DNA of 64,000 nucleotides. Source: a virus. Taxonomy: Duplodnaviria > Caudoviricetes. Position numbers and translations under genes: made by a program. The notes under the pieces were generated by a model. It worked only from the letters and a program-made list of their open reading frames with translations. It made no database searches and was not told the DNA's origin. Shown piece after piece: positions 1-12,209 of the stretch (position 1 is its first letter; every line of letters begins with the position of its first letter). The DNA lies in the IMG/VR virus record IMGVR_UViG_3300032782_000002; one strand, given 5' to 3'.

Positions 1-388
1 GTGGTCGTCGTAGTACGGGTGCGAGACCGGCTTGTTGTGGTCGATGTAGCAGATGTCCCCGAGCTTCTTCACGGCGTGCGCCTCGGGGTGCAGTACCGGT
101 CGCGCACCCGCTGCGCCAGCGTCACGAGATCGGGCGCTGCGTTCGGCGACGCCAGGACGGCATCCGAGAGCCGGTGCAGCGCCGCGCGCACGAAGTCCTC
201 GCCGGAGAGGTTGCCGTCCGCGTGATCCTGCTCGTACAGGTGCAGAAACTCGCGCACGTCATGCGCCAGCCCGTCGGCCTGCCCCGCGAGGTAGGGCTCG
301 CCGCCCCATCCCTCGCGCTTCGCTCGCTCGATGTGGTCGCACCTGGACTTCATGCGCCCCACCAGCTCTCGTCTTGCTCCCGCGTTGT

Positions 389-949
389 TCACGGCTTCTC
401 TCCTCTGTCGAGATGGTCGACGTTGGCGTTGGTGCGTCGTCCGTGGCTCCAGTCGACGACGGCGACGGCTCCGTGCACGTAGACGACGACGCCCTCATCG
501 CCCACACGGAGCCCCAGGATGTCGAGCTTAGCGGTCGGGAATCGATCCGACACGCGCACTCGATCGCCTCTTTTCATGGGGACGGGCATGCGTGTCGGCA
601 GGCGCTTCCACCAGTGGACGCCCGCATCGGGCACCGACGTGTAGCCCCAGAACGTGTCGCCCTCTTCGGTGGGCACTGCCGGCACGCGCAACCCGATCGA
701 GTCGGTTCGGCCCATGTCGTGCGTGCGCCCATCTGCGTCCTTGACGAACCACTTGATCCGCCCGTCGGCGTCGATGGCGCTCACATCCTTGTCCTGGCTC
801 TTGCCGGCACAATCGCAGCACACCAGCTCTGTGTGGTCGGCGAAGGTCTGGTACTCCCGCCAGAGCTTGCAGCCGTGCGCGCCGCACGTCGTGCACCGGT
901 AGAGAGCGGGCGGCGTGGTGTTCGCGTAGTTGACTCGTCCGAAGTTCAT
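389..949 (-). CDS. Phage hypothetical protein, Cys-rich
   Basis: 186-aa ORF with CxxC motifs (YRCTTCGAHGCKLWREY) and FWGYTSVP; overlaps its neighbours. Confidence 0.55.
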   Translation of the reverse strand: MNFGRVNYANTTPPALYRCTTCGAHGCKLWREYQTFADHTELVCCDCAGKSQDKDVSAIDADGRIKWFVKDADGRTHDMGRTDSIGLRVPAVPTEEGDTFWGYTSVPDAGVHWWKRLPTRMPVPMKRGDRVRVSDRFPTAKLDILGLRVGDEGVVVYVHGAVAVVDWSHGRRTNANVDHLDRGEKP

Positions 950-3900
950 CGGCGGGCCTCTTCACGTGCGCGCACTGCGTAGCCCACAACTGCGCCCACG
1001 TTGAAAGTGACACTGAGGATGAATAGATCAAAAAGCCACGTCGGCATTGTCTCTCCTCGCTTTCGCCACCGCCTCGTCCCATCGCGCGGCCCACGCCTGA
1101 GCGTCGGCTGGTAGTCGCTGACGCAGGCTCTCACCGGCCGCGATGAGGTTCACGATGGCGGCGTGCATCGACGGGGATGACGAGTCTACGGAGGCCAGCA
1201 TGTGCGACCGCAGTTCGACCACCAGCGCGCGTGTGGTCGGCGTCATGTCCCACTCCTGGCCGCGTTCGCTGACGACGCCAGCCGCGTCGAGCAACGCACG
1301 CTCCACATCCGCCACCCGTGCGCGCTCGCGGTCGATCATGCCGAAGAGCGAGCGAAGCACTCCACCGAGCGGGTCGCCGACCTCGGATGCCATCTTGCGG
1401 AGCGCGTCCTCTGCCTGTCTTTCGCCGGTCTCGTCAGCCATTACGCCTCTCTTTCAGCCCGCAGTGCGCGCCGGAGCGCCACCGTCACTACTGCACGAGA
1501 TGTTGTGAATCATCGGCCCCCGTCCAAAGTTCATGGGCGCGTTGCCGCACGCCGGGCACGCTACCGCCAGCTTGTCCGCCGCCGTCAATCCGGCCGGACA
1601 TTCGTTGCGACACTCCCCGAGACGGAACCAACCACACCAGCACCGTTGTGCCGGTGGTATGCGCTCCAGCGCCTCGTAGGCGGCCCTTTGCTCTCTGTTC
1701 ATCCAGTCTAGGGACACGTCTCCTCGCTCATCGGACTACCGTCCGTCCGTTTACGGTGTCTGTGCCCGTCAAGCCAGGGCATCCGTCGTGCGGTGGGTGC
1801 GGATAACAGGAGGTACACCAGTGCGAACTCGTGTCGCGGTCGATACGACGCTCGCGCTTTCTTCGCGCCTTCGGCCGCGCCGTTTCGCCCGACTTTTTGC
1901 CCGCCATTGTCTACGCCTCGGGAACGTCACGAACCCAGAACCACAAGATCGGCTGCTTCGACGCCCGCATCTCTCCGAGCACGGAGCCGCACATCACCCA
2001 CGCGGAATCATCAGGCGGGCAGGGATCGTCGACGTCATAGATGCTGAAACCAGGCTCGTCCCAGTTCAACGTCCCGATCGTCGTTCGGTACTCTCTCATC
2101 CTCTGATCTCCTCGTTGCCGAGCAGCTCGTCGATCTCCTCGATCTCATCGACTGCTCGGTTGTACGCCTTGCTGAAGACGCGGACCCTGTCCACAACCTC
2201 TTCGGCAGCTTCGCGGCGACGAAGTAGGTAGGTGCGCACTTCTGGGTTGGTCCTCTTCTTCTTGTGCATCGACCTAATCCTCGCGGATCGCCCTCACCTC
2301 GACCTTGCAGTCCGGATACAGTTTTCGGAGATGCTCGGCCTGCTTGGCGGCTTCCGCGTGTGACCCTTCCCATCGATCGCCGTCCTGATCGCCGTCGTTC
2401 ATCCACCGCCCTTGCGGCTTGACAGGCTTGGGTGTGAGAAAGACACCGAATCGCTTGCTCATGGTCTTGCTCCCGCGCGAGTACTGCTTCAGCGTGTGTT
2501 CTAGCTCGCGCGCAGCTTTGTCCGCGCTGTCCTGAGCCGCCCAGGCGAATCGGCAGATACCGGTGCGTGACAGTCGCTCGCCGACCCCGATAGAGATGCT
2601 GGCCTCCCAGAAGTAGTCCTCCCCATCCCGACGCTCGATTCTCGTGGTCGCTTTGGTCACGCGGGCACCCTGTCTGTGTGTAGGCGCAGCCATCGAGCCT
2701 GCTCTTCGATGACGGCGCGGGCTATGGCCTCCCACCGAGCTTGCGTGTCGGGTGCGATGCCCGACCACGGATTGGCCTCCTCGGCACCGAGAAACGCGCG
2801 CTGGCGTACGGCCTCCTCGAACGCGGCCTGGCCCGGGGTTCTCCGCTCCCGCGCTGTTTCCAACTGCGCGACCCGCGCACGCAGATTCAGGATTGTCAGG
2901 TCGCGAGCGCTGATGTCCGCGCTGTACTTCGTCTCCAGGTCTTCGAGCAGCTCGCGGACGCTCGCCTCGTTCTCCGTTGCGAGCGGCAGCGCCTCGCATC
3001 CAGTCGCGGCGTGCTTGTGGCCGTCGGGGCTGAGCCATGCGGCCGCGCCATCCGGGATGACCGCTTTGCCGCAACTGCAGCGACGCGCGCTAGCGGGCGA
3101 CATGGTCCTTGCACCCGCTCATGATGTGGGTGGTCAGCAAGTGCTTCGGCACGTTGCGGCCGCACGTGGCGCACATGCCGAGGGGCGCGTCGCCCTGCAG
3201 TCCAGGCGTCACGCCGCCGACCATGATGGGTGGCGGTGCCGGCGGCGGTGGCGGCGCCTGCGGCAATGCTTGCGGCACCGGGGGCGTCTGCGCCTGGTGC
3301 GTGGCTGGCGGCGCGACGGAAGGCGTGCGGCCGCCGGCCTTCGTGATGATCAGCTCGCAGAGCGTCGCCAGCGCCACGGTCGGCAGCGGGTGCACCTCGC
3401 CGTTCTTGAGCTTCACGTTGCGGCGCTGCGCGTCGATCTCGCCGCCGATGGCGGCAATGCGCGCGGCGATGTCGAGGGCCACGTCGTCGAGGATGGTCAC
3501 GGGGTCTTCTCCTGCTCTGCTAGGTCCAGCGCAGTCCGTTCGTCACGGTGCGCAGGCGGTCCAGGTGTTCGCGGACGCCGCGCGGGACGGCCACCGACGG
3601 CGGATCTGCGCACGCCGGCAGGTTGAGCATCTGCGCGATCTCGCAGAGCGCGGTCAGGTGCCGGTCGTCGCCGCTCGTGGGCGGCGGTGCGGGCGTCTCG
3701 CGCGTGAAGGCGCTGACCAGCGCCGTCACGACCGCAACCGACAAGGGCTTGTACTCGCCCCAGGATCGCGACGCGAGCACGATGTCGCGCCGCGCCAGCC
3801 ACGCCAAGAACGTTGTGATGTACATGTCGGGGCTCCTACTGGATGAGGTGTACGCCCTCGTTGAGGGTGAAAGTGTTGTTGTCGGTGTTGTACGTGCCGG

Positions 3901-4818
3901 CGCCGATCGTGACGAGGATGGACAGGCTGCGGCGGTGGCGCGCCTCGGTGGGGAGGGGCTCGGGCGCGGCCGCCTGCGCGGCGCGCACGATGGCGTGCTG
4001 CGCGCGGGTGAGCGCGAAGATGCGTGGGCCGACGCGCACGAGGTGCGTGTGGCTCGCGGTTCTCGATCCGGAACGGCCTCCCATCAGATGGTCTCCTGGG
4101 TGATGTCGGCGACGACGACGTAGACGCTGACGGCGATGCGCTCGGCGCGCACCTGGCGTGTGTGGATGCGCGGCCGTCGTCCGAGCGCCTTGTGGTGGTC
4201 GCGGCACTCTTCCGCGTCGGCGCGCACGAGGAAGACGTTGTAGATGCAGCGCCCTGCCACGGTCATGTGTACCACTCATCCGGTTCCAGCAGTTCCTTCG
4301 CCACCTGCGCCGACAGCTCGCTGTTGGCCGGCAGGTGTGGCGCGCATGCTCGCAGTAGCTCGCGCAGGCGGTTGACGCGTTGGTGGCTGGCACGAAGCCC
4401 CTCGTCGGCATGTCCAGCCGCGAAGGCGTCGTCGTCGCTGCTCGGGTGCAGAAGGCTCATGGTTCACCGGGGGTGACGATCCGCTTCGGTGGGCGGAAGC
4501 GGTACTCGATGCCGCAGTTGTCGCAGTGCCAGCCGCTCACATGCGCCTGCTGCGGCGGGCTGCCGAGGACGTCACTGGGGTGGAAGCGGATATCGGCGAT
4601 GACGAGGCCCTCGCAGACGTAGCAGGTGCCGGGATGCGGTGCGTACTTGCCGGTGAGCGTGCGCTGCTCCTCGTCCTCGCGCTCGCGCTCTTCCATGCGG
4701 CGTGCCAGCTCGACGGGATCGACCCGGAAGAATCGCGGCAGATCCGGCGGGATCTCGGGCAGCCGCACCTTCGGGCGCTTCGGACGCCGTGTCGAGAGTC
4801 GTCGAGGGCGGCGCTCGG

Positions 4819-7491
4819 TCACGCTTCGATCTCCTCGGCATTGGGGTCGGCGGCTTGCTTGGCCTTCATGCGCTCGTACAGACCCTTGAGCACCTGGACG
4901 GGCGTCTTGTCGCCGCCCTCCAGATCCCTCTGCAGGCCGTCGCTGCTCTTGCCGACGCTGTCCTTGAAGTCGCTCATCTTGCGGATGATGGTGTCGCGAA
5001 TCAGCTCGTCGGCCGTGCCGCGCGCGACGACGTACTGGAAGAGCGTGCGCATCTGCTGGCGGAAGCGGTGCATGCGGCCCTCCCACTGCACCAGCTTGCT
5101 CGGCACGTACGGCAGCTCGGCGCAGATGCCGATGTTGGCGTAGGTCAGGTCCAGGCCCACGCCCATCGAGTCGATGGTCGCGCAGAGCACTGTGGGCTTG
5201 GCCTCGATGATGGCGCGCCTCTTGGCGGCCCCGACTTCCCCGTGGATGACCTGCGCGTCGACGCCCTCGCCACGCAGCGCGTCCGCCAGCTGCTCGGCCA
5301 CGATCTTGCGCCACGTGCCGATGACGATCTTGCTGCCCGCCTCGGCGTGGCTGTACGCGAGCGACGCGACGTCGTTGAGCTTGCCGTCGGCCGCCATGTC
5401 GAGCGCGCGGCGCAGCGACTCGTCGTTCTGCAGCGCGACGGCCATGGAGAGCTGGAAGCGCCGCTCCACGTCGACCTCGATGATCTGCCGCGTACGCGGC
5501 GGAAGCTGCATGCCGACGTCGTCCTTGGTCCGGCGCAGCATGAAGAACGACAGGCGACGCTGTAGCTCCGGCAAGTCCGAGCTGCCCTTGGTGTTCCACA
5601 CGACGCGCTCGGCGCTGATGCGCTCTTGGAAGGCCCCCGTGTGCTTTTTGTAAAAGGCGAATGGTGCGCCGAATCGGCCTTCGCTCATCACGTTGATGGG
5701 CGCCCAGAGATCCCGCGGGCGGCTCGTCATCGGCGTCGCCGACAGCAGCATGCGGCTCTCAGCCAGCTTCGCGAGCTTCTCGGCCGCGCGCGTGCGCCGG
5801 GCCCGGTCGCCCATCAGCATGTGGGCCTCGTCGAAGATGATCGTTCTGGCACCCCACGCGAGCAGGATGTCCGTCCAGGCGTAGAGGATGTCGTAGTTGA
5901 TGATGACGATCTGGATGTCGCCGTCGGGCTTGAGCAGCTGCGCCTGCTCGTACGTGTCGCGCGCAGCCTTCGAGGGCGGCTTGACGCCGGTCGTCTCGAT
6001 GATGCGCTTGAGCTGCCCCTTGTTGTCGGCGGTAGCCTTCGCCAGTGCGATGGTGTCGAGCGCCATCTTGGTGTTGGCCAGATCCTCGGGGCTCGTCTGA
6101 ACGCCGGTCAGCACGAGCACCTTCTGCCCCGGCCATCCGGCGGGGGTCGGTGGATCGAGCTTCGCGTCACCTTCGAGCCCCGTGACCCAGACGCCCTTGA
6201 GGAATGTCGGGCACACAATGATGGTGCGCCCCCGTAGGGCGCGCGCTGCGCGAAGCGCCTGTACTGTCTTACCGCAGTTGTGGACGACGATGCCGTCGGC
6301 AACGAAGTTGCGGTGCGGATCGGCGCAGACGATGTCGTAGACATGCGTCTCGCCGTCCGGACGCACGCGGACCACACGTTCCTTGTGGGGGAAGAACACG
6401 ACCTCCCCGCCTTTGCCGCCGATGCCGCCGTGCAGATGACGGAACTTCTCTTCCTCACCGTGCAGCTGCGCGTGCACGCTCTTGGTCATCAGTTCGAGGT
6501 TCGCGAGGCGGTTGTCGTCCTTGATGCCGTTCTTGTGGTGGACGATCTCGTCATCGGTAAGGTACCGCCGGAGGTGGGCCTCCATGACGAGCCGGTGTTC
6601 GGGAACGCGCCCACCAGCCCGCGGTGGGTGATCGTGCATGCCGCTGACGAGGACGTACCCGTCCGCGTCGTAGTGGCGGCCGCCGATGGATGTCGGCTTC
6701 GTGCGCAGGTGGCGGTAGATACACGTGCGACAGTGCCCGGTGAACCGCGGTCTGGATGGATACGACGGGGTAGTAGTGACGCCCTTGGTGGATCCGCACC
6801 GACGGCATCGTGCGCGGCCGTTGGCCAGCACGTACTGGCCTGGGCGTAGGGTGTCGGCTCTCACGAAGCCGTCAGGTGTTCCGATCTCGTGATCGGGTGT
6901 GACGCGGATCGTCTTGCCCGAGTCGAGTTCGACGCGCACGACTGCTCGCACACCACGATCGACGACGTCTCGGATCGGGTGCAGGCGCAGTGTGTCCCCG
7001 CAGAGCGAACGCACGTAGGTCGGAATGGACGGGCGCCACGTCTTGCCGCCGTGGCTCTTGCCGCCGTGGAACTTGTGGTGGAGGGCCGCGAGCTTGATGA
7101 CGAAGCTCTTTGCGGCGCGGCTTACACGCACGGTGGCCTCGCCGTCAACGCAGCCGACTTCGTCGGCGAGGAACGCGCCCTCGCCCGAGTGCACGACCAG
7201 GAACTTGACGCCGTCCTTCTGGTAGTCGCGCAGATCCGTGAACGAGATGGGCGCCAGCACGTTCTTCGGGATGGCGCCGGGCGACGGCAGCCGGCTCATG
7301 TCGATGCGCAGCTTCTTGGCGGCGATGCGCCGCGCGGCCGCGTCCACCGCGTCCACGTAGCCAACCCACGCCTTGCGCTCGGCCGCCCAGTGCAGGCCCG
7401 GTGTGGCCTTGCACTCCTCGCGCACGGTGGGGCTGTAGATCGGCGTGTGGATGCCCCACTCACTGCCGCCGTAGTGTCGTACGAGGATCAT
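4819..7491 (-). CDS. SNF2-family helicase/ATPase interrupted by an intein
   Basis: Q motif LRDYQKDG; Walker A split as LADEVG|CGKT; IIFDEAH; LSATP; FMLRRTK; GVGLDLT; QWEGRMHR. Confidence 0.92.
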   Translation of the reverse strand: MILVRHYGGSEWGIHTPIYSPTVREECKATPGLHWAAERKAWVGYVDAVDAAARRIAAKKLRIDMSRLPSPGAIPKNVLAPISFTDLRDYQKDGVKFLVVHSGEGAFLADEVGCVDGEATVRVSRAAKSFVIKLAALHHKFHGGKSHGGKTWRPSIPTYVRSLCGDTLRLHPIRDVVDRGVRAVVRVELDSGKTIRVTPDHEIGTPDGFVRADTLRPGQYVLANGRARCRRCGSTKGVTTTPSYPSRPRFTGHCRTCIYRHLRTKPTSIGGRHYDADGYVLVSGMHDHPPRAGGRVPEHRLVMEAHLRRYLTDDEIVHHKNGIKDDNRLANLELMTKSVHAQLHGEEEKFRHLHGGIGGKGGEVVFFPHKERVVRVRPDGETHVYDIVCADPHRNFVADGIVVHNCGKTVQALRAARALRGRTIIVCPTFLKGVWVTGLEGDAKLDPPTPAGWPGQKVLVLTGVQTSPEDLANTKMALDTIALAKATADNKGQLKRIIETTGVKPPSKAARDTYEQAQLLKPDGDIQIVIINYDILYAWTDILLAWGARTIIFDEAHMLMGDRARRTRAAEKLAKLAESRMLLSATPMTSRPRDLWAPINVMSEGRFGAPFAFYKKHTGAFQERISAERVVWNTKGSSDLPELQRRLSFFMLRRTKDDVGMQLPPRTRQIIEVDVERRFQLSMAVALQNDESLRRALDMAADGKLNDVASLAYSHAEAGSKIVIGTWRKIVAEQLADALRGEGVDAQVIHGEVGAAKRRAIIEAKPTVLCATIDSMGVGLDLTYANIGICAELPYVPSKLVQWEGRMHRFRQQMRTLFQYVVARGTADELIRDTIIRKMSDFKDSVGKSSDGLQRDLEGGDKTPVQVLKGLYERMKAKQAADPNAEEIEA
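6277..7152 (-). mobile_element. Intein (292 aa) with an HNH homing endonuclease
   Basis: Starts CVDGEA, block B VTPDHEI, ends VYDI...FVADGIVVHN followed by +1 Cys; internal EHRLVME...VHHKNGIKDDNRLANL HNH motif. Confidence 0.93.
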
Positions 7492-9124
7492 CGGTCGGCT
7501 CTGTCCGTCTGGATGGCGAGGGCGAGATCCCGCTCGGCGTCGCGAAGCGCCTGGTTCATGTCGGAGATGCGCTTCTGGGCGCCCTCGACGATGTTGGCCA
7601 GCAGCTCGATGAGCGCGTCTTCGGGCGTGTCCGCGAGCATGTTGCGGTCCACGTGGCGCGTGGAGTGGTTGCCGCAGGTGGCGCTGTACTTGGGCGTGTC
7701 GGCGTCCAGGTGGGTGCCCACGGTGATCTCGATCAGCGTGGCGGTCGGGATCTCGCGACTGACGAGCGCGTGGATCCGTTCGTAGCGCTGGGTGATGGTC
7801 AGGCTGCGCAGGCGCTGGGTGAGCGCGTAGCGTACGGCGCGCTTCGACTCGTCGACGAGCGGCGGGTGGCTGGCTTCGCCCTTCACGGCTTCCCCGCGAT
7901 CTTCAGGATGGTCAGTTGTGCGGCGGCTTCCACGGTCTCCTCGTCCATCAGGCCATGTTCTGGGATCAGCTCCACGCGCGTCTTGGGGATGGGGCTGCGG
8001 TTGAACCTGCGCTGGATGCGCAGCGCCTCGCTTACGTAGCCGACGCCGTGCGGATCGCCACTCGGGACGAAGCAGTCGTCGATGGCACGCCATCCCCAGG
8101 TCTCGCCGTTGCGCGCGACGCGTACGTGGTTGCCCGCGGCGATCTGGACGGTGCCGAGCACGAGGGTCTTGCCGTCCTCGCTGCCGAGAAACCACACCTC
8201 CATGCCCTCACTGGCCCAGGCGACGCGTTCGTAGCTCACAGCGGGCACCTGGGAGGAAAGGGGGTTGTCTTGGGGGTGGGGTCGTCACTCCGGGTGTGAG
8301 GCTCGTCGGGGCACCACGGGTGGCCGTCGCGTTCTCTGCGCTGCGGGTGCTCGCAGCACGACACAGCAAAGAACCCCATCGACCGCTCCGGATCGGCTGG
8401 TGCGCGGTACGGGCACTCGAATCGGTTGTGGACGTCGAGCGTGACGCGCTTCACAGCTTTCATGGCTGGCGCTCCGCAGCCAGGCGCGCCTCGATCCACT
8501 CCAGCAGCGCCACGGCGTCGCGGTCTTCGGAGCGCCCGCAGATGAGTCGACGGGACCCGCAGTGCGCGTCGCAGGCGTGCAGCTCCCCGCACGGCTCGTA
8601 CTCGCCGTAACAGCTCCCCGGAGTGCGTGCCACCGCGCCGCTCGGGCTCCCGACGTGGACGTGCGCCCGGTAGCGAAGCCTCGCGAGCGCGTCCTCGAAC
8701 GGATGCGCGCCGCAGTGCTTGCAGCGCCGCAGCCGGTACCGCGTCTCCGGAAGCCACTCGTGCTGGCAGCCGGCGTCGCGCTCGCGATGGACGGCGCTGT
8801 CGTGCAGCTCGTGGTGGGCGGCGTTGTCGTAGGTGCTCACTTGCGCCTCGCCTTCCTGCGCTTGCGCTTCTCGCGGCGGCGCACAGGCTTCTCGCGACGG
8901 CGCACCGTCGAGAGGGCGGAGGTGGTCGTCACGACGGTCTCACTCAGACCCCCGGTTGCCCGGACGCGAGCCCACCGCAGCACCGGCACGTACCCGGCTT
9001 CGCGCAGCAGGTGCTCCTCGGTCTTGGTGACGCTCGGGAACAGGCCCACCATGGCCTCGTTGTTGGGATCGGCAGGGCGCATAGCGGCGGCCACGAGCGT
9101 ATCGGCGAGCTGAGGCATTGTCAA

Positions 9125-9934
9125 TCAGCGGGTTTGGCGGGTGTACCGGTCGGTCAACTGCCGCAGCCGGCGCCCCGAGATCCCCTCGCGGGTGCGCGCT
9201 TCGGCCATGGCTGCCTCGGCGCCTCTGCAGAGCTTGTCGTAGAAGGCGGGCGCGTCGAAGGGCGCGGCCTCGACGATGCCCGAGACGGAGTTGAGCGCTT
9301 CGTCGGCGTACCGAATGAGCAGCGCTTCGTGCTCGTCGGTGTCGTTGACGAGATCGGCGAGCATCCGGTTGCGGATCTCCTCATGGCTGATCCGGGGCCC
9401 GGCGGTATTGTCGGGGTTCTCGATCCACTCCACCATCAGCTCGATGGTCCCGGCGCAGTACGGCGCGTCGCACCGGCACGGGTGCTGGCTCTTGTCGATC
9501 GCCGCTTTGAGCCCCAGCCACCCGTAGTGGATGGTGATCTCCTCGCCGGCAGCGATGGGGCGCGTGGCGCGCACGAGCAGCGCGCTGTATTCGACGCGGC
9601 CCCACCGCGCGTTGGGTCGGCACGAGTGGTTGATGAGGTGCGCGCCGATCGCGTCGAGCTTCTCGGGGTAGAGATGAGCGTTCGTCGACGGCAGCAGCGC
9701 GGCGTACTCGTTGATGAACTCGAAGCGCGCGCGATCGGTGGCGTGCAGCGCGAAGAGAGCCGTCCGGTCGATGGTCTTGCCGAGGTAGGCCGCGACGAAG
9801 TCGCCGGGCTTGAAGTCGCGCGTGGCGTACAGGCCCCGCATCGACTCGCCGGAGGGTAGCTGCCGCTCGCCGATGCGTATGCCCTCGTGGCGCAGCGCGC
9901 GGGTGATGTGTTTGCGTTCGGTCCAGGGTTTCAT
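9125..9934 (-). CDS. SET-domain protein-lysine methyltransferase with post-SET motif
   Basis: RGLYATRD, LINHSCRPN, GEEITIHY, CRCDAPYC; ATG at 9934 overlaps the upstream stop. Confidence 0.88.
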   Translation of the reverse strand: MKPWTERKHITRALRHEGIRIGERQLPSGESMRGLYATRDFKPGDFVAAYLGKTIDRTALFALHATDRARFEFINEYAALLPSTNAHLYPEKLDAIGAHLINHSCRPNARWGRVEYSALLVRATRPIAAGEEITIHYGWLGLKAAIDKSQHPCRCDAPYCAGTIELMVEWIENPDNTAGPRISHEEIRNRMLADLVNDTDEHEALLIRYADEALNSVSGIVEAAPFDAPAFYDKLCRGAEAAMAEARTREGISGRRLRQLTDRYTRQTR

Positions 9935-10323
9935 GCGCGTAGCGACTCCGCCATCTCGCGGTGGCACTCGGGACTGCAGATGCACTCGCGATCCCCGCCC
10001 AGCGCCTCGACGGCCTTGTAGATGTCCTCGCCGCAGTTCATGCAGCGCCCCACCCGGACCTGCGTGCCGGGTGTCCACGGGATGTACTCGCCCACGCCGG
10101 CCCCGAATTGCCCGGCGGTGGGGTCCACGATCTCGCCCTGCGGTGTGACGCACCACCAGTGCTCGACGCGCCCGGCGGGAGCGACCATCACGTGCCCCGG
10201 GATCGCCTTCAGCTCCGGAAACGTCTCGACCATCTCGCGCGTCGCGCTCTGACACGTGCCGTAGAGGCGGTCGTGATGGCGCTTGGCGAACGCAGCGATC
10301 CACGCAGCATACTCAGGGTTCAT
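9931..10323 (-). CDS. Hypothetical protein, possible transglutaminase/papain-like fold
   Basis: GTC...EHWWC...IVDPTAGQF gives a Cys-His-Asp arrangement. Confidence 0.4.
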   Translation of the reverse strand: MNPEYAAWIAAFAKRHHDRLYGTCQSATREMVETFPELKAIPGHVMVAPAGRVEHWWCVTPQGEIVDPTAGQFGAGVGEYIPWTPGTQVRVGRCMNCGEDIYKAVEALGGDRECICSPECHREMAESLRA

Positions 10324-10705
10324 GAGCCTCCTCACATGGCGGCAAGCTTGCGCAGGCAAAGCTTGCAGGTGACCTTCTCACGCTGGCGCGTCAGGTTGCG
10401 CACCGCGACGTAGACCGTGTCGCAGATCTGCGCGCCGTCCTCGGCGTAGTGGACCTTGCGCGGCGTGAAGTGCAGGACCTCTTCCTTGGTGGCCTGGCGC
10501 GCTTCGGCCCAGCGCGGGTACACGTCGCGGCCGCCCAGCGCCAGGAACCGCTCGCGCAGCAGGGTCTGGATCTCCTCGGCGGCGAGCTGCAGTCGCACGT
10601 AGTCGGCTGCCGGGAAGATGCCGAGGATGCTGATCTCGACCACCGTGGCGATCGGGAATCGCGGCGGCGCCGTGAACGGGAGCTTCGGATCGTCCTTGTC
10701 GTCGC

Positions 10706-11122
10706 TCATCGACGGGTCCTCCGCTTGGCGTGGCGCTTGTCGAACTCGCGCTCGTGCGCCTCGCGCATCTCCTCGAACGAGTCGTAGACCGGCGCGTTCA
10801 TGTCGAGCTGGCGCGCGTCGTACACGCCGATGCGCTCGGAGATGCGCATCATCTGCGACGGCTGCCCCAGCTTCTCCAGCAGGATGAGCGCCCCGGCGCA
10901 GTGGACCTCGCCCGTACTGTCTCGCAACTCCAGCTCCAGCAAGCCGTCGTCGCGCTCCGGTGCGGAGTCGTAGTTGACCGTCTTGTGGCACGGGAACTCG
11001 CCGCGCACCAGGCCCTGCTCGATCTCGTCCACGCGCTCGGGGCGGATGAATGGGCGGATGTCCGAACGGAACGGGCAGCTGGTGCACGGCGTCTTGAGCG
11101 CGTAGGGCGGGTGGACTCGCAT
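10706..11122 (-). CDS. Cys-rich phage hypothetical protein
   Basis: PCTSCPFR...FPCHKT...HCAGA metal-binding pattern. Confidence 0.5.
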   Translation of the reverse strand: MRVHPPYALKTPCTSCPFRSDIRPFIRPERVDEIEQGLVRGEFPCHKTVNYDSAPERDDGLLELELRDSTGEVHCAGALILLEKLGQPSQMMRISERIGVYDARQLDMNAPVYDSFEEMREAHEREFDKRHAKRRTRR

Positions 11123-12209
11123 TACTTCTCCACGTCGGTCAGCACCTTGCGCAGCAGCGGCACGGTCTTGATCGGCCAGTCCAGCGCCACCTCGATGGCC
11201 AGCGCGCGTATCGCTTCGATCTGTAGCAGCTCCATGGCGCCCGGCTTCTTGGCGGCGATGATGTACAGATGGGCTCCGGCGAAGAGAAAGACCTGCGTAT
11301 CGGTGCGGTGTACGTAGATGCGAGACGGCCCGTACATCAGCACGCGCGCGGCTTCGTGCACCTCGTCGGGGATGTGGCGCTGCATGAAGTGTTTGAGGGC
11401 GCGTGTCTCGCTGTCGTTGAGGGGTATGTCGAGCCACTCGTCGGCGCTACGGATTGCGACCCAGTCGTGCTGCGCCATGTAGAGCTGAAGCCCCATCAGT
11501 TGAGCGTGCGCGGGTTGTCGCGGGTGAGGCGCCGTTCGAGCAAGCGGGCACCGAGGTTGTCGTACGCGCGGTGGGTGGGGAGATCCTCGCGGCGCGCCAG
11601 GATGAGGATGCCCGTGTCGTCCGGGTGGCCGCACAGGGTGCAGATGCAGATGAGCGCGCCCCCGCGCACGACGCAGTACGCCACGGGGCCCCGGCATCCC
11701 CCGGGATGGCTGTCCTTGCAGTCACACTCGCAGTGAGCGGCCATCAGGCACCTCGCGTTCTGGTGACGCACGCTTCGATCAACAGGTAGTCGCACCGGAG
11801 GCAACGCCTGTCTCGCGGCCGTAGTTCGCTCAGCGTCGCCGGGCGTGCCTCGGGGCTGTAGGGCAGTCCGCAACGCGACTCGGAGGCGCGCGCGGGGAAT
11901 TGATGCGGCGTGTGCTGTGCCGGCAGGATGTACCACCCCGACATCGCGACCGTCGTCATCCCGCGCCTCGTGTCTTGGTGAGGTACTCCTCGAACTCCTC
12001 GCGCGTCAGCTCGACCTGTTCCTTCGAGTGCACGCGGCGGTAGTAATCGGCGGCCTGATCGTGCACGGCCTTCTCCATGCGGTCGGCCATGAAGGGGTCG
12101 ACGGTGCGCAGCGCCTCCAGCCCGGTCAGGCCGGTCGGCACGCGCGCGAGCAGCCGGTGCTTGCGGCTCACCTGCTGGTAGCCGGCGGCGATGAGATCGT
12201 CGACGCGGC

